DNA of 17,900 bases. Origin: Candidatus Jordarchaeales archaeon (lineage in GTDB: Archaea > Asgardarchaeota > Jordiarchaeia > Jordiarchaeales > Freyrarchaeaceae). The first letter of the stretch is position 1, and each line of letters begins with the position of its first letter. The notes under the pieces are model-generated. The model did no database searches and had not been told where the DNA came from. It saw only the letters and a program-made list of their open reading frames with translations. The stretch covers positions 15,803-33,702 of the forward strand of contig JAWCFL010000020.1 of NCBI GenBank assembly GCA_038858525.1, in the 5' to 3' direction. The position numbers and the translations under genes are program-made. Shown in pieces: positions 16,002 through 17,900 of this stretch.

Positions 16002-17459
16002 GTGTTGGAAGAAGTCCCGGTTAGAGTGCTTTTCTTTAAGAGCAAGAGTTGCGCGTTCTGTGCTCCTGTCGAGCGGATGGTCAGGAAGGCTATATCCCGT
16101 CTCTTTGGAGACGAATTAATAACTGTGAACGTGTTCGATGTTGACGAGCATAACGAGTTAGTTGATGAGTATAAGATTACGAGTCTGCCGTACGTCATAG
16201 TGGGCGAGGTTCCCGTGATCTCTGGGATGGCGAGCGAAAAGGAGATCGAAGACGCCCTGATGAGAGGAATCCTTCATAGCGCTTCGTCCCGGGCTGAGAG
16301 GATTGAGGTGGGTGCTAAGCAGGTTTTCATAGAGGCAAACCTAAACTTCGTAGAGAGCATAAATTCTAAGGAGAGAATAAGGAGAAATATAGGGGACTAT
16401 GTGCACATAAGCAATCTTCAGTTGGCCACGATTTCTCTCTTATCACTAGACACTACTGCTGGAAACCTCCTCTATTCCATAGGGAAGCTAGCGGGCAAGA
16501 CGGGTGCCTTTACGGGTCTCCTTTATGATATTGAGCCCAGTCTCGGTGACCCTTACGCGTCGGTTGAGAAAAACTTTCGTAGCTTCCTGATTGCTATAGA
16601 CAGGTTTCATGTAAAGCAAAACGAGTTAGGCGTATTTGATGCTAGGAACGCGGAAGTGGTGGAAGAGGATAAGGGCTACGGCCGTATCAGAATTTATGAG
16701 TCAGCAACCGCCACAGGGGTGCCCGTCATAGGCGAGCCCATATGTTACTTCACAGCTGGTATGATCAGCGGACTGGCAGAGGCAATTCTGGGCGAAACCG
16801 TGTATGTTGCTGAGAGAAACTGCTGGGGGCTGGGGGCATCCTACTGCGAGTTCGAGATTTCACTCAGCGAGGGTGCACTTGAAGGAAAGAAAACCACCCC
16901 CCACCTGACCAAGAAGGGTGTCGAGGCTAGAGAAGAGTCGTTCGGCCGCCTTATAAGAACTCTTACTAGAAACATGACTCAGAGCGTCTTAGAAGGACGC
17001 AGAATAAGAGTTGGAATCTCAGACTACACCCACATCATGAATCTTCAGCAGCAGATAACATCAATAAAGCTGGCAGACCCTGTTGCAGGATTCTTCCTCA
17101 GGCTTGCGGGGAAGAGGCTGGGGAGAATCATAGCGCCGAAAGAACACTTATCTGTTAATGAAGCGATATTTGAATTGAAAAACTACATGAATTCGCCGCT
17201 TAGCTTGATGAGTGGCATCCACTCGAACTGCAATATTAAAAAGGGTGACGGTGAAAGCTTCATCGTAACCGTAGAGTCATGCGCCTTCGCTTCAGGTCAG
17301 GAAAATATAGGTGTCAGCTTGTGCGAATTTGAAGCAGGCGTAATAGAAGGATTCATGGAGAAGTCAACCGGGAAGTCCTACTCGTCTAAGGAGGTTGAGT
17401 GCTGGGGTCTCGGGCAACAGCACTGCGCCTTTCAAGTCGAAAGGGAAAAGTTTTCCTAG
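16002..17459 (+). CDS. Thioredoxin-like (CxxC) domain fused to two tandem V4R domains
   Basis: N-terminal SCAFCAP...YKITSLP thioredoxin fold. Two V4R repeats: CYFTAG..G..E...ERNCWGLGASYCEF and CEFEAG..EG...EVECWGLGQQHCAF. Confidence 0.85.
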   Translation: MLEEVPVRVLFFKSKSCAFCAPVERMVRKAISRLFGDELITVNVFDVDEHNELVDEYKITSLPYVIVGEVPVISGMASEKEIEDALMRGILHSASSRAERIEVGAKQVFIEANLNFVESINSKERIRRNIGDYVHISNLQLATISLLSLDTTAGNLLYSIGKLAGKTGAFTGLLYDIEPSLGDPYASVEKNFRSFLIAIDRFHVKQNELGVFDARNAEVVEEDKGYGRIRIYESATATGVPVIGEPICYFTAGMISGLAEAILGETVYVAERNCWGLGASYCEFEISLSEGALEGKKTTPHLTKKGVEAREESFGRLIRTLTRNMTQSVLEGRRIRVGISDYTHIMNLQQQITSIKLADPVAGFFLRLAGKRLGRIIAPKEHLSVNEAIFELKNYMNSPLSLMSGIHSNCNIKKGDGESFIVTVESCAFASGQENIGVSLCEFEAGVIEGFMEKSTGKSYSSKEVECWGLGQQHCAFQVEREKFS

Positions 17460-17515
17460 AAACCTTTTAGTTGCAAAAAGAGCAGTGATCACGACAACTG
17501 AAGGAGAGGCCGCTA

Positions 17516-17900
17516 TTGAGCCCCAAAGTTTACCGTGGATGCCCCTGTCTTCTACAGGAAAAGCACAAGACTTTCTGTCTCAACGAGGAAAACCTTACAG
17601 AGGTTATTTTAATCCCCACGGAAGGTGAAGTCTTCCTGTTAGAAAAGCGAGGAATATGCCACAACATTGTTCTGGCGGGAGAAGACGGTTACGTGCGGTG
17701 CCCATCTACAGGAAGTCGCGTGAAAGTTAAGGGGGAAAGCATTCCAAATGAGCTCTTTGAAGAAATGTATGGTTTAGCTAAACTGGCATTCACAGACCCC
17801 TCATCATGCACTCAATGCCTTCATAATCTACTGGCGTCAGAGGTGGCTGAGAAAAAGGTAACCATTTTCATTCTAGGTGAAAACCTGAACTTTGATTCTT
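17516..17900 (+). CDS. Cys-rich hypothetical protein, 3' truncated by the window end (absent from the ORF track)
   Basis: TTG 17516 after AAGGAGAGG opens a frame with no stop to 17900 (128 codons): MSPKVYRGCPCLLQEKHKTFCLNEEN...GICHN...RCPSTG...SCTQCLHN... Confidence 0.65.
   Translation, partial: MSPKVYRGCPCLLQEKHKTFCLNEENLTEVILIPTEGEVFLLEKRGICHNIVLAGEDGYVRCPSTGSRVKVKGESIPNELFEEMYGLAKLAFTDPSSCTQCLHNLLASEVAEKKVTIFILGENLNFDS

Noticed and set aside
17395-17628. 77-aa ORF overlapping the Trx-V4R end
   Set aside because: It overlaps two better-supported frames; the real downstream gene appears to start at TTG 17516 in another frame.
1-17900. Genome-wide UGA reassignment, CRISPR arrays, tRNA/rRNA, transposases
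   Set aside because: Several genes end in TGA at their expected C-termini. I saw no regularly spaced direct repeats, cloverleafs or transposase motifs.

Overview
Archaeal chromosomal window (TATA/BRE promoters, frequent TTG/GTG starts, V4R proteins, NDP-forming acyl-CoA synthetase). The gene content and a eukaryote-type SECIS suggest an Asgard lineage, which is an inference. It encodes an Ig-like surface protein, a small wHTH protein, an apparent nrdJ (B12-dependent RNR)-cobO operon followed by a YbjN-like gene, a cupin, a Sir2 deacylase, two head-to-head paralogous multi-pass membrane proteins, an acyl-CoA synthetase alpha subunit, an MBL hydrolase, an SDR, a HAD phosphatase, a thioredoxin-V4R-V4R fusion and a Cys-rich ORF running off the right end. 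Main result: the 68-aa ORF at 7867-8073(-) is only the C-terminal part of a 113-aa HesB/IscA-like protein starting at ATG 8208. It has an in-frame TGA (8094-8092, codon 39) at the position of the family's redox Cys/Sec. Its 3' UTR holds a stem-loop with eukaryotic SECIS spacing (AUGA-12 nt-AA-19 nt-GA, 7834-7796) plus an extra hairpin. This is a candidate selenoprotein missed by the ORF track. No tRNA, rRNA, CRISPR array or mobile element was seen.
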